Below, in pieces: positions 13,458-26,874 of a stretch of 64,000 bases of DNA (within the stretch, counting starts at the first letter, position 1; each line of letters opens with the position of its first letter). The translations under genes and the position numbers were made by a program. The notes beneath the pieces were generated by a model that had not been told where the DNA came from, made no database searches, and saw only the letters and a program-made list of their open reading frames with translations. Location of the stretch: assembly GCF_006345805.1 (NCBI RefSeq), contig NC_043015.1:53820002-53884001 (forward strand), given 5' to 3'. Source of the stretch: Octopus sinensis (taxonomy: Eukaryota).

Positions 13458-14205
13458 GTGAGAGAGAGAGAGATTGATTAATACATATACGCATATATAT
13501 AAGCATAACACACGCAAATATATATATTATATATATAATATATATATCTATATATATAAATGTATATATCATGTATATATGTCATTATAAACATACATGT
13601 ATATATCCATGCATATATGCACATGTATGCATATATATATCTACTACATATATATTATATATATATATATATATACGTATGCGTTTTATATATAAATGTA
13701 TAATTATATATACATATATACACACATATATATGCATATATACAATATATATACCATATATAACATACACATATATAATACATATAGACACACATACGCA
13801 CACATACAAAGACACCCCATACATATTGTTCTAAATACCGAGACAAGTCCCCTGGTAAACACCGTCCTTAGTGTAATCTCTATTCGTCGTTGCAAATCCC
13901 CTCTATGCATCACCCGTACGATGACACGTACTAATCTCAAGTACCCAGACAAAGCATCACTAATCTGTGCACTGAGTACCCGCATTTGTATATATTTGAT
14001 TTCTTTTCACTAAAACCAAAAATTATGTTGAATGTGTCAAGGTAACTTAACATAGCATACCCAGAAACCTAAGAATTTTCACGTGCAAGGTAATACATTA
14101 ATTAATTACTAGCAAGGCCAGAGTATTTCGTTTCGCAACTATTATATACTACCATCTATATTAAAGGTTCACAAGTCAGAAACGTTTCTTCTTTTGTGTT
14201 TGCAG

Positions 14206-14311
14206 TATGTTGGTTTCATTTTAATGCTTATCGCTGTAGATTTTCAGTAGAGTACCCAACAAGCACTGCGAGTTACGACGTAGACAATGTCATCGAAGAT
14301 AGGAAAATTTG
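14206..14311 (+). CDS. Candidate isolated coding exon of an unknown host gene
   Basis: Acceptor tttcttcttttgtgtttgcag, donor G|gtaaga, one open frame (x)CWFHFNAYRCRFSVEYPTSTASYDVDNVIEDRKI; protein not recognised. Confidence 0.25.
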
Positions 14312-14622
14312 GTAAGAGATGTACATACATATTTCGAGAGTTATTGCCCTCACATCAGCAACACATCCAACCCAGCTACTATGCACGAACACATTGCTTA
14401 AATACCCACTAACTTTAGCGGTGTAACACTTCTGGATAGACCATTTTGCATATTAAACGCATTCCTGGCAAATGGTACGTAAATATCAATTGCTAGTAAG
14501 GACTTAACATTTCATTTTGTAACCATAATGTACTGCGAAGTACATTATTGTGACTTTTGTGTTAGCAGTGCGTTGTTTCATTTTCATCCGTACTATTATC
14601 TCTTATCTTTCATCTTTTACTT

Positions 14623-15085
14623 GCTTCTGTCATTTTACTGTGGCCATGCTGGAGCACCGCCTTCAAGGGTTATAATCCAAGAAATCGACCACCAGAACTT
14701 ACTCTTTGTAAGTATAGTGATCATTCTGTCGGTCTTTTTTCCTGAATCGCTATGTTACGGTGACAAAAACACACCAACATCGGTTGTCAAGGGATGGTGG
14801 AGGAAAACACAAACACATATACACAAATACCCACACACAAACACACACACACGCAAACACACAAACACACACACACACACACACAAATACACACACACAC
14901 ACACAGACACACATATATATACGTGGGACTTCTTCCAGTTTCCATCTGCCAAATCCACTAACGAGAATTTTGTCAGCCCAAGGCTTAAGTACAAGACACT
15001 TGCACAAGGTGTCACACAGTGGGACTGAACCCGGTACCATGTGGTTGGGAAGCTAGCCTCTTGCCACACAGCCACGGCTGCGCCT
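14623..15085 (-). mobile_element. SINE family A (tRNA head, CORE-like domain, internal microsatellite), full length
   Basis: Head aggcgcagccgtggctgtgtggcaag...ggttcagtccc, CORE-like caccttgtgcaagtgtctt, expanded internal (AC)n, 3' ggtgctccagcatggccacag. Confidence 0.85.
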
Positions 15086-15229
15086 ATGTTAATATACATA
15101 TACTACCAATTGCCTGTAATAATTGTAAATAACTGGAAAGTGACTTATTCTCGGTAAATTAATACATTAAACTTCTATCACAGTAGTTAGACATTTCCCC
15201 ATATTTTTTCAGTGTTTATCCTGATAATG

Positions 15230-15395
15230 AGTCGCCTTGTGGTTACTTTGTCGCTACACGACGTCGAGATCCTGGTTTCGATTCCTCAAACTTGAGATGC
15301 ATTCAGTTCATAGCCAATCGCGTCATTTCAATTTTGGCGACAATCACTTGAAGATCTGATGTGCGGTACGCAGTGCACCTGTACAGGAAATAGCG
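15230..15395 (+). mobile_element. tRNA-derived SINE head (family D)
   Basis: A-box-like gtggttactttg and B box ggtttcgattcct with tRNA-like spacing. Confidence 0.55.
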
Positions 15396-15579
15396 CTCTG
15401 ATGAAGAGAGAGGGAGCTGAAGTACAGCACAATATTTTCATCAACATAAAGAAATGATTTATACAGGATGTTATCTTAGGCAAGAAGCTGCGAAAACACT
15501 CCTTCCTTTACGACTAATAAGCCTAATATAACGACTATATACCATATCTATCTCTCTCTATATATATAGTAAATCCAAA

Positions 15580-15780
15580 TATGAAAACAGAAAGAGAAAG
15601 CACAACAACGCGAGGACGTGGAACAAGTATAGTGTTATTAGACGCTCAGGAAAGGAAACAAAGAAGAAGGACCTAACGTTTCGAGCGGAGCTCTTCGTCA
15701 GAAACATAGGAAAAGGAAAGGTTCAAGGAAGGGAAGACGGAGAAACAAAATCGCCAACAATGCACACGCGGTCACATATA
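15580..15780 (-). mobile_element. Penelope-like pseudo-LTR fragment with hammerhead motif (H2)
   Basis: Minus 15706-15672: UGUUU-CUGACGA-A-GAGC-UCC-GCUC-GAAA-CG-UU; stem I 3' strand decayed (AGGU). Confidence 0.65.
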
Positions 15781-16112
15781 TATAGTTATATATTTATATA
15801 TTTATAAAAAGTGTAGGTGGCATACGAGTGGGTATATATTTATAAAAAAGAAGCTTGAAAACGCCACTATCTAAGATAAATTTTAAATTTTCTGAGAGAT
15901 TTTACATGTTTCGCTTCTTCATGAAAAAACCGAACCTTATCAAATATATATATATTTTAAAATGTTAAGTGTAATAAAAGAAAAGTTCATAATTATTACT
16001 TGCTAGTCTCAAAAGAGTTCACGTGGTAGTGTTTTGTGTGTGGGAGCATACTGGCTGTTTTATGCATCGATTGAATCTTTGGCTGTAATAGTGAAAGCGA
16101 CCGTTCGGTGTA

Positions 16113-16162
<50 letters not shown>

Positions 16163-17266
16163 TACACATCAGTTAAATAAGGTTAAAAATGGTCTGGGTC
16201 TCATGTTTTTTATTATGGTATTTTGTCTGATGATATTTGAAAAGAAACAGCAATTTTAGCGAAACATATTAAGCAACACTAATAAGAAATCAAGAGACAT
16301 AAATTTAAACAACCTTTTGACGGTTTTATAGATATTTCAAGATTATGATGCTATGATGCTAGGTGTTTCCATTATTTTGTCCAACCCTTGTATATATGAA
16401 TGTATGTACGTCCTCATATGTATATACAGACACCGATGCACGACATATTACCAGCCTTAACAGCTGATCGAACTTTTGCCACGTTGAGCTCTAGCATAGG
16501 TTTAGCGTTCTCAGTTAGACATAAATATATTGTTTGAGGTATTATGTAGAGAGCAGAACACCATACAAAGAGCAACCAGAAAACAAGTAGATATACTTTA
16601 GGTTACGATCGTATCGTTTCTTTAGTCAATAATGAATAATTACATTGCTCACCAGCCAGGGCTTCATATATATATAATTGCGTTCACCTGCTAGGCGAAA
16701 CGAAGTGTTTAGTGTCAGCTTTTGGTGATAAATATCTTTCCACTCTACGCCACACGTTGAACTGTAGATCAAATATACACATAAACATACATATACATAC
16801 ATAAATATATATATTAATATTATAACATTTTAAATATATACATATTTAAATGTACTTGTATTCATACATATAGAGAAACAAGCGTATATGTGAGTGTGTA
16901 AATACATATGTATATATTTATGTATGTATGCATGTATTACTGTATGTAGGAATATTTGTATATGTATGTATTTATGTATGTATGCATGTATGCATGTATG
17001 TATGTATGTATGTATGTATGTATGTATGTATGTATGGTGATGTCTAACTTCCTTGTTACGAGACTAAAAGACTGCACATAGTGGAAAGTAATATATATTT
17101 CAGACGACCAGATATAAAATATTAAAAAATGCTCATATCTTTTTCTGAGAGCATTATCAGTGCAGCTTGTATTGGCGGCACCGTGTGTGTATTAGTGCAC
17201 ACAATGCCTTTTAAAATAGCATAGACATTATACATATACCCATACATACACATACATATATATATA

Positions 17267-17316
<50 letters not shown>

Positions 17317-17364
17317 ATATAGATACATGCATCTATATATATCTACATATACATACATACATAC

Positions 17365-17403
<39 letters not shown>

Positions 17404-17434
17404 TTATATTATATATATATAATAACACATATAT

Positions 17435-17478
<44 letters not shown>

Positions 17479-18618
17479 ATATATCTATATATATATATAC
17501 AATATGCGTGTTGTTTGTTTTGAGCTTCTCGATGTATTATCAAACATATATATTAATCGTTCATGTTGTTTTGGGGAACAATAAAACGGCTTAACTCCTT
17601 CAGTCTTATCTTTCCGATGAAGTGATTATACTGACGCGGTTTTGTCTGAATCAAATTCGTTATCGCTTCGAGTTTAACAGGCATAGTTTTACAACCACAG
17701 ATGTCGGTTTTCCATGGCTATTTCTTTTTCATTTCATGCTTTGTGTTCTGTTTTGATATGCGATGGCGTTGGGTATCCTATATAAGATAATTATTTCATA
17801 AGCGTTTTTATTCGCCTTACTTTCGTTCTTTTTTTTGTGATAGATAAAATGTATAGTAATGGCTTGGTGTTGTAGGTGCATTATCGGTCTACATGAAACT
17901 GCAGTGCATGTATGTCCAAAATCTTGTAGGTAATGTAACAATGCTATGCAAAATAACGTTATCCTTTTCTTTCACCACGATACAAAGGGAGACTAATCAA
18001 GAAGTTACAAGTATCGCGAAATATAAGAGAAATTACAATACTGTATTTTGCGGCATCATAGATGAAGAATCGTCCAGGAGGCATCCTAATTTTTGAAATG
18101 TAATTCCTGCAGAGGTAATATCTTTCTACTTCTCAAAGCCCCACCCACCAGAATAGGCAGTGTCCGGCGGGTACATACTAAATGCTTGTTATCAGACAAT
18201 ATTTCTGAGGAAAACAACGGAGCACTCAAGACTGTCCTTGAGTGAAATCACCAGACACCGGCCACCAACTTGATGGTGTGCTGCAAGATATTATTGTAGT
18301 AATCCACAACATTGCGTTCTTCACTTTAAATGAACTGCAGTCGATCATGCGTTCCTGCATGAGGATGATACCACTGAGTGAGATGAATAAAAGAATGAAA
18401 GAGTATATACATACATATATATGCATATATATATACATACATATATACATATATATATACATATATATATACATAATATATATATATACATATTTGCATA
18501 TATATATAAACATAAATGTGTATATATATGTATATATATATATATGCATATATATATATTATATATATATATATATGGGTGTATGTATATATATAATGTA
18601 TGTATATATATATGTACG

Positions 18619-18700
<82 letters not shown>

Positions 18701-19246
18701 TATATATATAGGGAGAGAAGAGAGACAGAGATTTGTTTGTGTGTGCTTGTGTGTAACCGTACCTGACTTCTAAGCGAAACCTGAAATAAACGACCAGACA
18801 TTAAATTCTATAAAAAAAAACTTATAGAAAGAAAAGTTTCTTTCGTAACATACTGAATTTCAAAATACATTCCTGATTTAAACGTTTTCAAAGAATTCTC
18901 TTTTAGAGAAAAAAATAAAGGATTAACAGGTTAGAAATGAATAGGACAAAGTAAAAACGCATGAAAAGTACGTTTAAGATGGCGGATTTATAAAGAAGAT
19001 ATCGTACTTGAAATAAACACCGATGGATAGACATACATAGGCATACGTACATTAACATGCTCGTACATACATACTTCTGTATCCACACATATTCGTACAT
19101 ATTCACTCTCACATATACGCACGTTCACACTGACGCACAAAGTACACACTCACGGAACACAATTCTGTAGATATAACACCCTCATATATGTGTGTGTGTG
19201 TACATGTGTGTGTGTTTGGTGTGGTATTATATAATATATATTATAT

Positions 19247-19282
<36 letters not shown>

Positions 19283-19299
19283 ATATATATAATTATATT

Positions 19300-19780
19300 T
19301 ATGAGGGCAATCCCAAAAGTAGTAGGTCTCCAAAGGTATTAAACCGATTGAAATTCATCGCCAATTAACGCCAATTAACGAAATTTATGGTGTGTCGTGC
19401 GTGGATTTCAAAAACGTCCGCAAGTGGTTTAGGGAGTTTGCAGCTGTTATACTGAAATTCATGACGAAGAAAAAAGCGGGTGGCCATCAGTTTCCAACGA
19501 GGTTGGCCAAATCCTGCGTGAAAATTGGCGGATCACTCTGGATGATCCCCACATTTTGGTTCCTGGGATTTCCCAAAGCAACATTCATAGGGTCTTGAGT
19601 GAAAAGCTGCAATATCAGAAAGACTGTGAAAGTTGGTTCCCATGAATGCTCACAGAAGACCATAAACGGCAACCCAACTTATATTCTGGATTTGGCACCC
19701 AGTCACTACCACCTGTTCCCTAAGTTCAAATAACATTTGGCCGGAACGCGTTTCAGCAACAACGACGAGACGTAAGATGA
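19300..19780 (+). mobile_element. mariner transposon, internally deleted remnant
   Basis: TIR-like tatgagggcaatcccaaaagta; frames give IEIHRQL.EIYGVSCVDFKNVRKWFREF, ILRENWRITLDD, and a C-terminal DLAPSHYHLFPKFK (SPDLAPSD motif). Confidence 0.8.
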
Positions 19781-19911
19781 ATCCACGCACAACTCATTGG
19801 TTGGCCCGAGGCTATACTAGAAGACTTGCTCAAGGTGCCACGCAGTGGGACTGAACCGGGAACCATGTGGTTCGTAAGCAAGCTACTTACTACACAGCCA
19901 CTTCTGCGCCT
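19780..19911 (-). mobile_element. SINE family A, head fragment
   Basis: tRNA head and CORE-like segment identical in pattern to 58360-58487. Confidence 0.8.
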
Positions 19912-20053
19912 ATTATATTTGGTAAAAAAATATAGTGAAGAATGTGTATTGTAAACAATATATATAAAAAGGTATATTTGTAGGGAAGCGTTCTCGTGAA
20001 TGAACGGATTATTGTAAGATTGAAGGAAACATGACATGGAATGGTTGTGTAAA

Positions 20054-20671
20054 TACATGGTGTCCATAAAGTCTCTCCGCTGTGAATTTTTTCATCATGC
20101 GCATGCGCACCTTAGCTATCACTGCGTGGGCAGACCGTGTCAGCCATTGTCCCTCAGTCATTACATGCCCTTCAGCGTGTCGACATGCTAACCATTGAAG
20201 AACGTACGTTTTTAGATGAATGGGTGTTTCAAGCTGGAAAGAAAGACACAGATTCTGTGAAACAGAAGTTCAGTGAAACTTTTCCAAATACTGTCGTTCC
20301 ACATCGTGACACTCATTGTGTGGGATTTGATAAGAAAATTTAGAAACACAGGCTCAGTGGAAGACGCAGCAAGAAGCGGTCAGCCTACGGTTCTTTCAGA
20401 CGAAACACTCTCCAATATTTTTGATAAAATGTTGGCGAACTCGTCAAGGTCCTTACAAAAATTGTCACAAGAAACGGAAATCAGCCAAGGAAATGATCAC
20501 ACGGGAGTTAAAAAGAAATTAAATTTTATGTATTGAAAATGAAGGACAACACTTTCAACGCTTTAAAGTCTTGTAAAGTCTAATATGTTCTTTTGTAGTC
20601 TTATACCATCTTATAAATATTTATTTTGCAATAAAATACTTACTGCGGAGAGACTTTTTGAACTCCCTCTA
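20054..20671 (+). mobile_element. Tc1/mariner (maT-like) internally deleted element with TIRs
   Basis: TIRs tacatggtgtccataaagtctctccgc / gcggagagactttttgaactccctcta; transposase N-terminus MLTIEERTFL...KFRNTGSVEDAARSGQP...SRSLQKLSQETEIS joined to C-terminal IENEGQHFQ. Confidence 0.85.
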
Positions 20672-20949
20672 TGGATGAAGAAAGTTTAAAGACAACGAGA
20701 CAACGAAGGAGGTTCCGGAAATAGTAGCTAAGTCACCCCCACTTCTTGATTAGTAATTCATTTTTTCGACCCTGGAGAGATATTAAGCAACGGGAATTGG
20801 AAATAAGAAAGTGAAGCGCTGTAACAAATACTGCAAAGTAATCTTTCCGACGCCGACTTGGAGATCGAACGTGCGTTAACAAGATTCATGTAACGATATT
20901 CTTAACCGCTTGTCTATGCCTACAACATATACATACTCCACTTCCTTCC

Positions 20950-21530
20950 TTATCTCGCTTTCTCCCCGTCCCACCTCTCTCTCTCCCTCGCGCGCGTGCA
21001 TTTTCTCTCTGTCGTTTTCTCTCTTCTTCTCGTGCACTCTCTCTCTCCTCTCTCTCTCTCTCTTGTGTTCTCTATATTGCTTTCTGTCTGTCTGTCTGTC
21101 TCTATCTGTGTGTGTCTGTGTGTGTCTTTCTAGCTTTTTCTACATTCTAATATTCTCTCTCCCCCTTTCTCTCTTGCCATTTTTCTCTCTCGCTTTTTAT
21201 CTAGCTTTCTCTTTCCCATTCTTTCTCTCTTTCTCTCTCTCTCTCTCATATTCCCTTTCTCTTTCCCTCTTTACTCTCTTTGTTTCTCTCCCTCTCTTAT
21301 ATTCCCTTTCTCTTTTCCTCTTTTCTGGCTTTCATTCTCGCTCCTTCTGTCTCTGTCTATCTGTCTCTCTCTCTCTCTCTCTCTCACGCGCGCGCTTTCT
21401 CTTGTCTCCATTTTCTCCCTTCTCTCTCTCGCTTTTGCTGTCTGTCTCTTTCTCTGTCTGTCTCTTTCTCTCTCTCTCCCTCTTTCTCTCCTCCCCCTCT
21501 CTCTCTGTCTTTCAATCTCTATCGCTCACG
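20950..21530. repeat. Pyrimidine-rich (CT)n-derived low-complexity tract
   Basis: Direct reading. Confidence 0.9.
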
Positions 21531-22063
21531 TTCTTGTAAAACTATCCGTTTCTTAGCTCCTCGAAAGGTCATCTTTCCCAGAGACTTCCACGATCAATTC
21601 ATTGAGTTAGAGATTATATTTCTATTGGTGATGACCTGAGTCAAGACAATCAATTATATGTGCTCAATCAAGTGAAGTGACTCAAAAAACAAGCTGAACT
21701 TGAATCGCTGAGTCTCGCATGAAAGTAATTTCCACAAAACAGAGATCGTATTCATAGAGACATGTACACGCTTGATAAATAGATAGATAGGTAGATACAT
21801 AGTCCTTCCTCTATAAACACATATAAAAATATACAGGAGCACATGTCCAAATATGAATAACATACAGCAATATATATACATAAAGATATTTCTATGTCTA
21901 TCCATTTAATATCTGAAGATATCTATTTCGCTTTCTATCAGCCTGCCTCAATTTCTGTTTCTCGTCCTATATGTAAGCATGCATGTATGTATGCATGTAT
22001 GTTCGTATGTATGTATATATCTATCTATTCATCTATCTATTTATCAACCTACCTACCTATCTA

Positions 22064-22198
<135 letters not shown>

Positions 22199-22199
22199 T

Positions 22200-22520
22200 T
22201 GAAATTTACAAAAAAGCAAAAGATGAAAATGGGTGTAGGAACAACAAGCAAGTGTATTAGTCTGACGCTCGAGAAAATGGAAAAAGTCTTTTATGTTTCG
22301 AGCCTACGCTCTTCAACGGAAAGAAATAAGAGAAGTCCAGGAAGTTCAAAAAGTTAAAAAGTCGTGGTAAATTGGAGCGATTTACAGTGAAATCATCCAG
22401 TGAAATCCGTATAGGTAGATTCAGTAGATCCAGTGGAGATTTGGATGGAATGCAGTTATGTGGATGAGGAGAGGTGCCGAAGTTTGGGAGGTGATTCAGA
22501 TATACAAGTCCAAAGAGTAG
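22200..22520 (-). mobile_element. Penelope-like pLTR family H3 with variant hammerhead (22288-22323)
   Basis: CUUU-CCGUUGA-A-GAGC-GUAG-GCUC-GAAA-CA-UA-AAAG; homologous to 50385-50480 and 53765-53890. Confidence 0.65.
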
Positions 22521-22670
22521 GAGTTCAGTCTGTATATATATATATATATATATAATATATATATATATATAATATATATTTATGTATATATACACACATA
22601 TATATATACATACATAAACACACACACACATACACACACACAAACATACATATATATATATATATATATG

Positions 22671-23933
22671 TTGGGTCATCCTATAAAGAATGCGGTGTTT
22701 TCGGTTGCAGGAACCAGAGAAGGACGGGATAAACTACTTGCATCCACTTGCTATAAAAGCAGGTAGAAATTTTACCTTGTACTTATTCTTAGTCCAAGTT
22801 TTGAAGAGTGCAGTTCGATTTTGACAGCTATTTTTTTTTTCAAAGCTGTGACAAAGGAGCATATTCGGCATATTCTGCTTTATGAGTTAAATAAAGGCAA
22901 CACTGCAATGGAAAGTGTGAGAAATATAAATGCCGTATAAGTGAATCGGTCAATAAGCGTAAGCCAGTGTCAGCGGTGGTTCTAGAAATTCTGAGCCGGA
23001 AACTACAGTCTAGAATACGAACCTCGTCATGGAAGATCTGTAGAGCCCGACGAAGATGTTCTGTAAACCCTGGTGGAACAAAATCCCATCGTAACTGTTG
23101 AGGAACCAGGAGAAAAGCTTGGATTTGGTCATTCAACCATTCATTGAGAACCTGCGTGCCATCGGAAAAATCAACAAATTGAGTCAATGGGTTTCTCACA
23201 AACTTTCCGAGTATAATCGTGCGCAGAGAATGAATGTGTGTTCTTCTCTGCTGTCGCGTCTCGTGAATTAATCTTTTGTGGATCGAACAGTGACTGGTGG
23301 CGAGAAATGTGAAGCGCCAAAAACAGTGGGTAGAGAAAGGATAAATAAATACCGGCACCCCAAACTAAAGATGGTTTACACCCACGTAAGGTGTTGTTAT
23401 ATGTTTGGTGGGTTATGAAATGTTTAATCCACTTTGAACATTTAAACCCAAACCAAACGCTAACAAAGAAGATTTACTGCGAGCAGCTGAAGTGGCTTAA
23501 GTCAGTGCTAGAAGAAAAACGACCATCTTAGGATTCAAGACGAAAGATGTCTTTCCATCATGATAACGCTCGGCCACTTACAGCGAGAATGACATTCCAA
23601 AGATAGGCACAGTTGGAATGGGAAACGATGCGCCACCCACCATATTCGCCGGACAATGCCCCCATCTGATAATCATTTACTCTGGAGTTTTCAAAATCAT
23701 TTCGTAAGAAAAAATATGAATTCTGTAGAGGTGGTCAGGACTGGAGGAGTATTTTATGTGACAGTCAAGTGAATTTTGGAAGCAGAGCCTTACATCACTA
23801 CCAGATAGGTTGGAAGACCATCGTAGTAAATGAAAGAGAGTATATTTTAGATTAAAAAAGAACTTTGTTTATATTTATCTTGAAGTATAAAAGAAGTTTC
23901 TTAAAAAGGGGCATTTTTTATGGGATGACCCAA
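22671..23933 (+). mobile_element. Full-length (~1.26 kb) mariner element with pseudogenised transposase
   Basis: TIRs ttgggtcatcctataaagaatgc / gcattttttatgggatgacccaa in TA context; frames give HIRHILLYELNKGNTA, EPRHGRSVE, LVEQNPIVTVEE, WVSHKLSEYNR, FHHDNARPLT, HPPYSPDNAPS; multiple stops and frameshifts. Confidence 0.92.
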
Positions 23934-23995
23934 TATATATTTGTTTGAGTGTGTCTATGCGTGTGTTTAAGTATGTATGTATGTATGCAAGTAAG

Positions 23996-24029
<34 letters not shown>

Positions 24030-24061
24030 TGTATGTATGTATGTATGTATGTATGTATGTA

Positions 24062-24620
24062 TAGTCAGGTTACTTTCAAGTGCTACTGGTAACATGTAAC
24101 CCAGTACAACCTGTTGCATGGTCGGGTCGTTGGAGACTAAACCGGCAACCCCACCAAACTTGCTTGGTGAGGAGGGTGTTTATTGGACACCCTGCGGGAT
24201 GAAAAACAAAACCCGTCAAAGGGCGGAGGAACTCTTGAGAGTCACCGGCCATCCAATAAATGTCTTAAGGTTGTATCATGCGCTGGGACATAGAAATAAT
24301 CGGACTGAATACCCGATAGCGCGGTTAAACCATTGGGAGTGAAGGACTCCTAGCCTGTGTTAGGGCATTCTTTTAGGAGAAGATAACTCAGGTAACTGGG
24401 ATAACTCCGACATAAAAATCTGCGGCTCAGTGGTTACTGATGATGTTGACTTGTTCTTCTTTTCGGATTATAGCTGCTGCTGCTTAGTGAGTGGGATTGA
24501 CTCAGTGCACAGTCTTTCCTCACATAAAAAAAAAAATCTTCTTGCACAGGCATTGCACGATAACAACATTATTTAAGCTTCGTGCAATGACCATACTCGA
24601 TAACGTGGGGACAGCCACCA
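24062..24620 (+). mobile_element. ~560-bp non-coding repeat embedded in (TGTA)n
   Basis: Unique sequence between two (TATG)n arrays; homologous fragment at 33560-33690 (gtgctactggtaacatgtaac..tcgggtc..gactaa..ggcaaccc). Confidence 0.65.
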
Positions 24621-24835
24621 TGTATGTATGTATGTATGTATGTATGTATGTATGTATGTATGTATGTATGTATGTATGTATGTATGTATGTATGTATGTA
24701 TGCATGTATGTATGTATGCATGTATGTATGTTATATATATATATATATACATGCATGTATGTATGTATGTATGTATAGATAGATAGATATATAGATAGAT
24801 AGATATGTAGTTAGATAGATAGATAGATAGATAGG

Positions 24836-24911
<76 letters not shown>

Positions 24912-24919
24912 AAAGGCGT

Positions 24920-25075
24920 ATGTCGATTAGATCGATTCCAGTATTCAACTGGTATTTATTTTATCAACCCCGAAAAGATAAAAGGCAAAGTCGACCTCGG
25001 CGGAATTTGAACTCAGAACATGAAAGTCGGACGAAATGCTGCTAGGCATTTTGTCCGGCGTGCTAACGATTCTCC
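24920..25075 (-). mobile_element. SINE family B monomer
   Basis: ggcaaagtcgacctcggcggaatttgaactcagaac...ccggcgtgctaacgattct, as at 10860-10950. Confidence 0.85.
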
Positions 25076-25334
25076 TAAACAAATTTACATTAATCTGAAG
25101 GGGAATTCTATACTTTTGGTAAGTACGGATTTCTTATCCACTGATTTGGAAGTTTCCGCCACCTAAGCCTTCATTGGATGATGGCTTAGCTGGATGGAAC
25201 TTCGATGTCACTGTCAATGATATACTTGTTAAAGAATACTACAAACACACATACATACATGCGTACATAAATACGTACATACAGACTGACAAAGAGACAA
25301 ACAGACAGACAGACAGACAGATAGACAGATAGAT

Positions 25335-25386
<52 letters not shown>

Positions 25387-25387
25387 G

Positions 25388-25418
<31 letters not shown>

Positions 25419-25447
25419 GGTAGATACATAGATAGTTAGATAGGTAG

Positions 25448-25488
<41 letters not shown>

Positions 25489-25669
25489 TGTGCGTGTGTG
25501 TACGTATTTACGTATGTGTGTGTTTGTGTATATATTTTTATAGTGTCTGAATGAAGGTCTGGATGTGAGGGTTGAAGTATTTTGAGGTGAATCAACGATT
25601 CGTTTTATTGGTGGATGTTGTTGTATCAGGAGCTATAAAGACCGGTGTGTCATGTGGTCGCCTACATAA

Positions 25670-25722
<53 letters not shown>

Positions 25723-25844
25723 TATATATATATACACCACTAACAAACATATATATGAGCCTAAAGAGCGTAGGCAAAGGTAAAAGAATAAATGAATGTA
25801 AAAAACAAGGAAATATCTGGAGAAAAAAATCAAACGGGAAAATT

Positions 25845-25995
<151 letters not shown>

Positions 25996-26475
25996 AAAAA
26001 GTATTAATATGTAAAGATAAAAGCGAAGTAATTGTCTGCTGAGGTTGTATGTATAATTAATGCCTGTGGCTGGAGCATAGCTCCACCCCCAGCCTCGTTC
26101 TGAACTAACAAACAGTTGATTTAGGATTGAATCATGGTGATACGATGGTAATAAATGTCTGGGAGAGAAAGAGAAGGGAAGCGTAGACGTAGAGGGTGGA
26201 GGTGAGGGGTGAGGTTGCGTGAATGAAAGAAAGAGGGAGAGAGAGAGAGGGGGGAAAGATAGTGAGAAAGAGAGAGATGGGAATGGAGAGGGAGAGAAAA
26301 AGGTGGTGCCGGGTCGTTGAAGTCAGACATTTTACACGTATATGAAAATAGAATACATATGAATATTACATACGCCCGCATACACACGCATGCACACATA
26401 CATACACACATGCACAGACACACACGCACGCACACAGACGTACACGCACGCACATACACATGTATTGAAATGAGA

Positions 26476-26874
26476 TATTCTTTTATTCTTTCACTTGTTT
26501 CAGTCATCTGACTGCGGCCATGCTGGAGCACCGCCTTTAGTCGAACAAATCGACCCCAGAACTTATTCTTTGGAAGCCTAGTACTTATTCTCTCGATCAA
26601 TTTTGCCGTACCGCTATGTTACAGGGACGTGAACACATCAAGATCGGTTGTCAAGCAATGTTGGGGCGGGAGCAAACACACACACACAAACACACACACA
26701 TATATATAGATATATATATATACGACGGGCTTCTTTCAGTTTCCCTCTATCAAATCCACTCAAAAGGCTTTGGTCGGCCTAAGGCTATGGTAGAGAACAT
26801 TCACCGAAGGTCCCACGTAGTGGGTCTGAACCCGGAACCATGTGGTTGGTAAGCAAGCTACTTACCACATAGCC
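26476..26874 (-). mobile_element. SINE family A, near full length
   Basis: Same head/CORE-like/internal microsatellite/3' architecture as 58057-58487. Confidence 0.9.

Noticed and set aside
15400-15430. CTGATGAAGAG motif
   Set aside because: No downstream GAAA or pairing partner.
16227-16255. CTGATGA...GAAAC spaced like a hammerhead
   Set aside because: No stem II, stem III or NUH site can be formed.
18050-18400. Unique sequence with a good minus-strand acceptor and a piggyBac-like VVDYYN peptide
   Set aside because: All frames hit stops quickly, there is no matching donor, and the similarity is too short to call.
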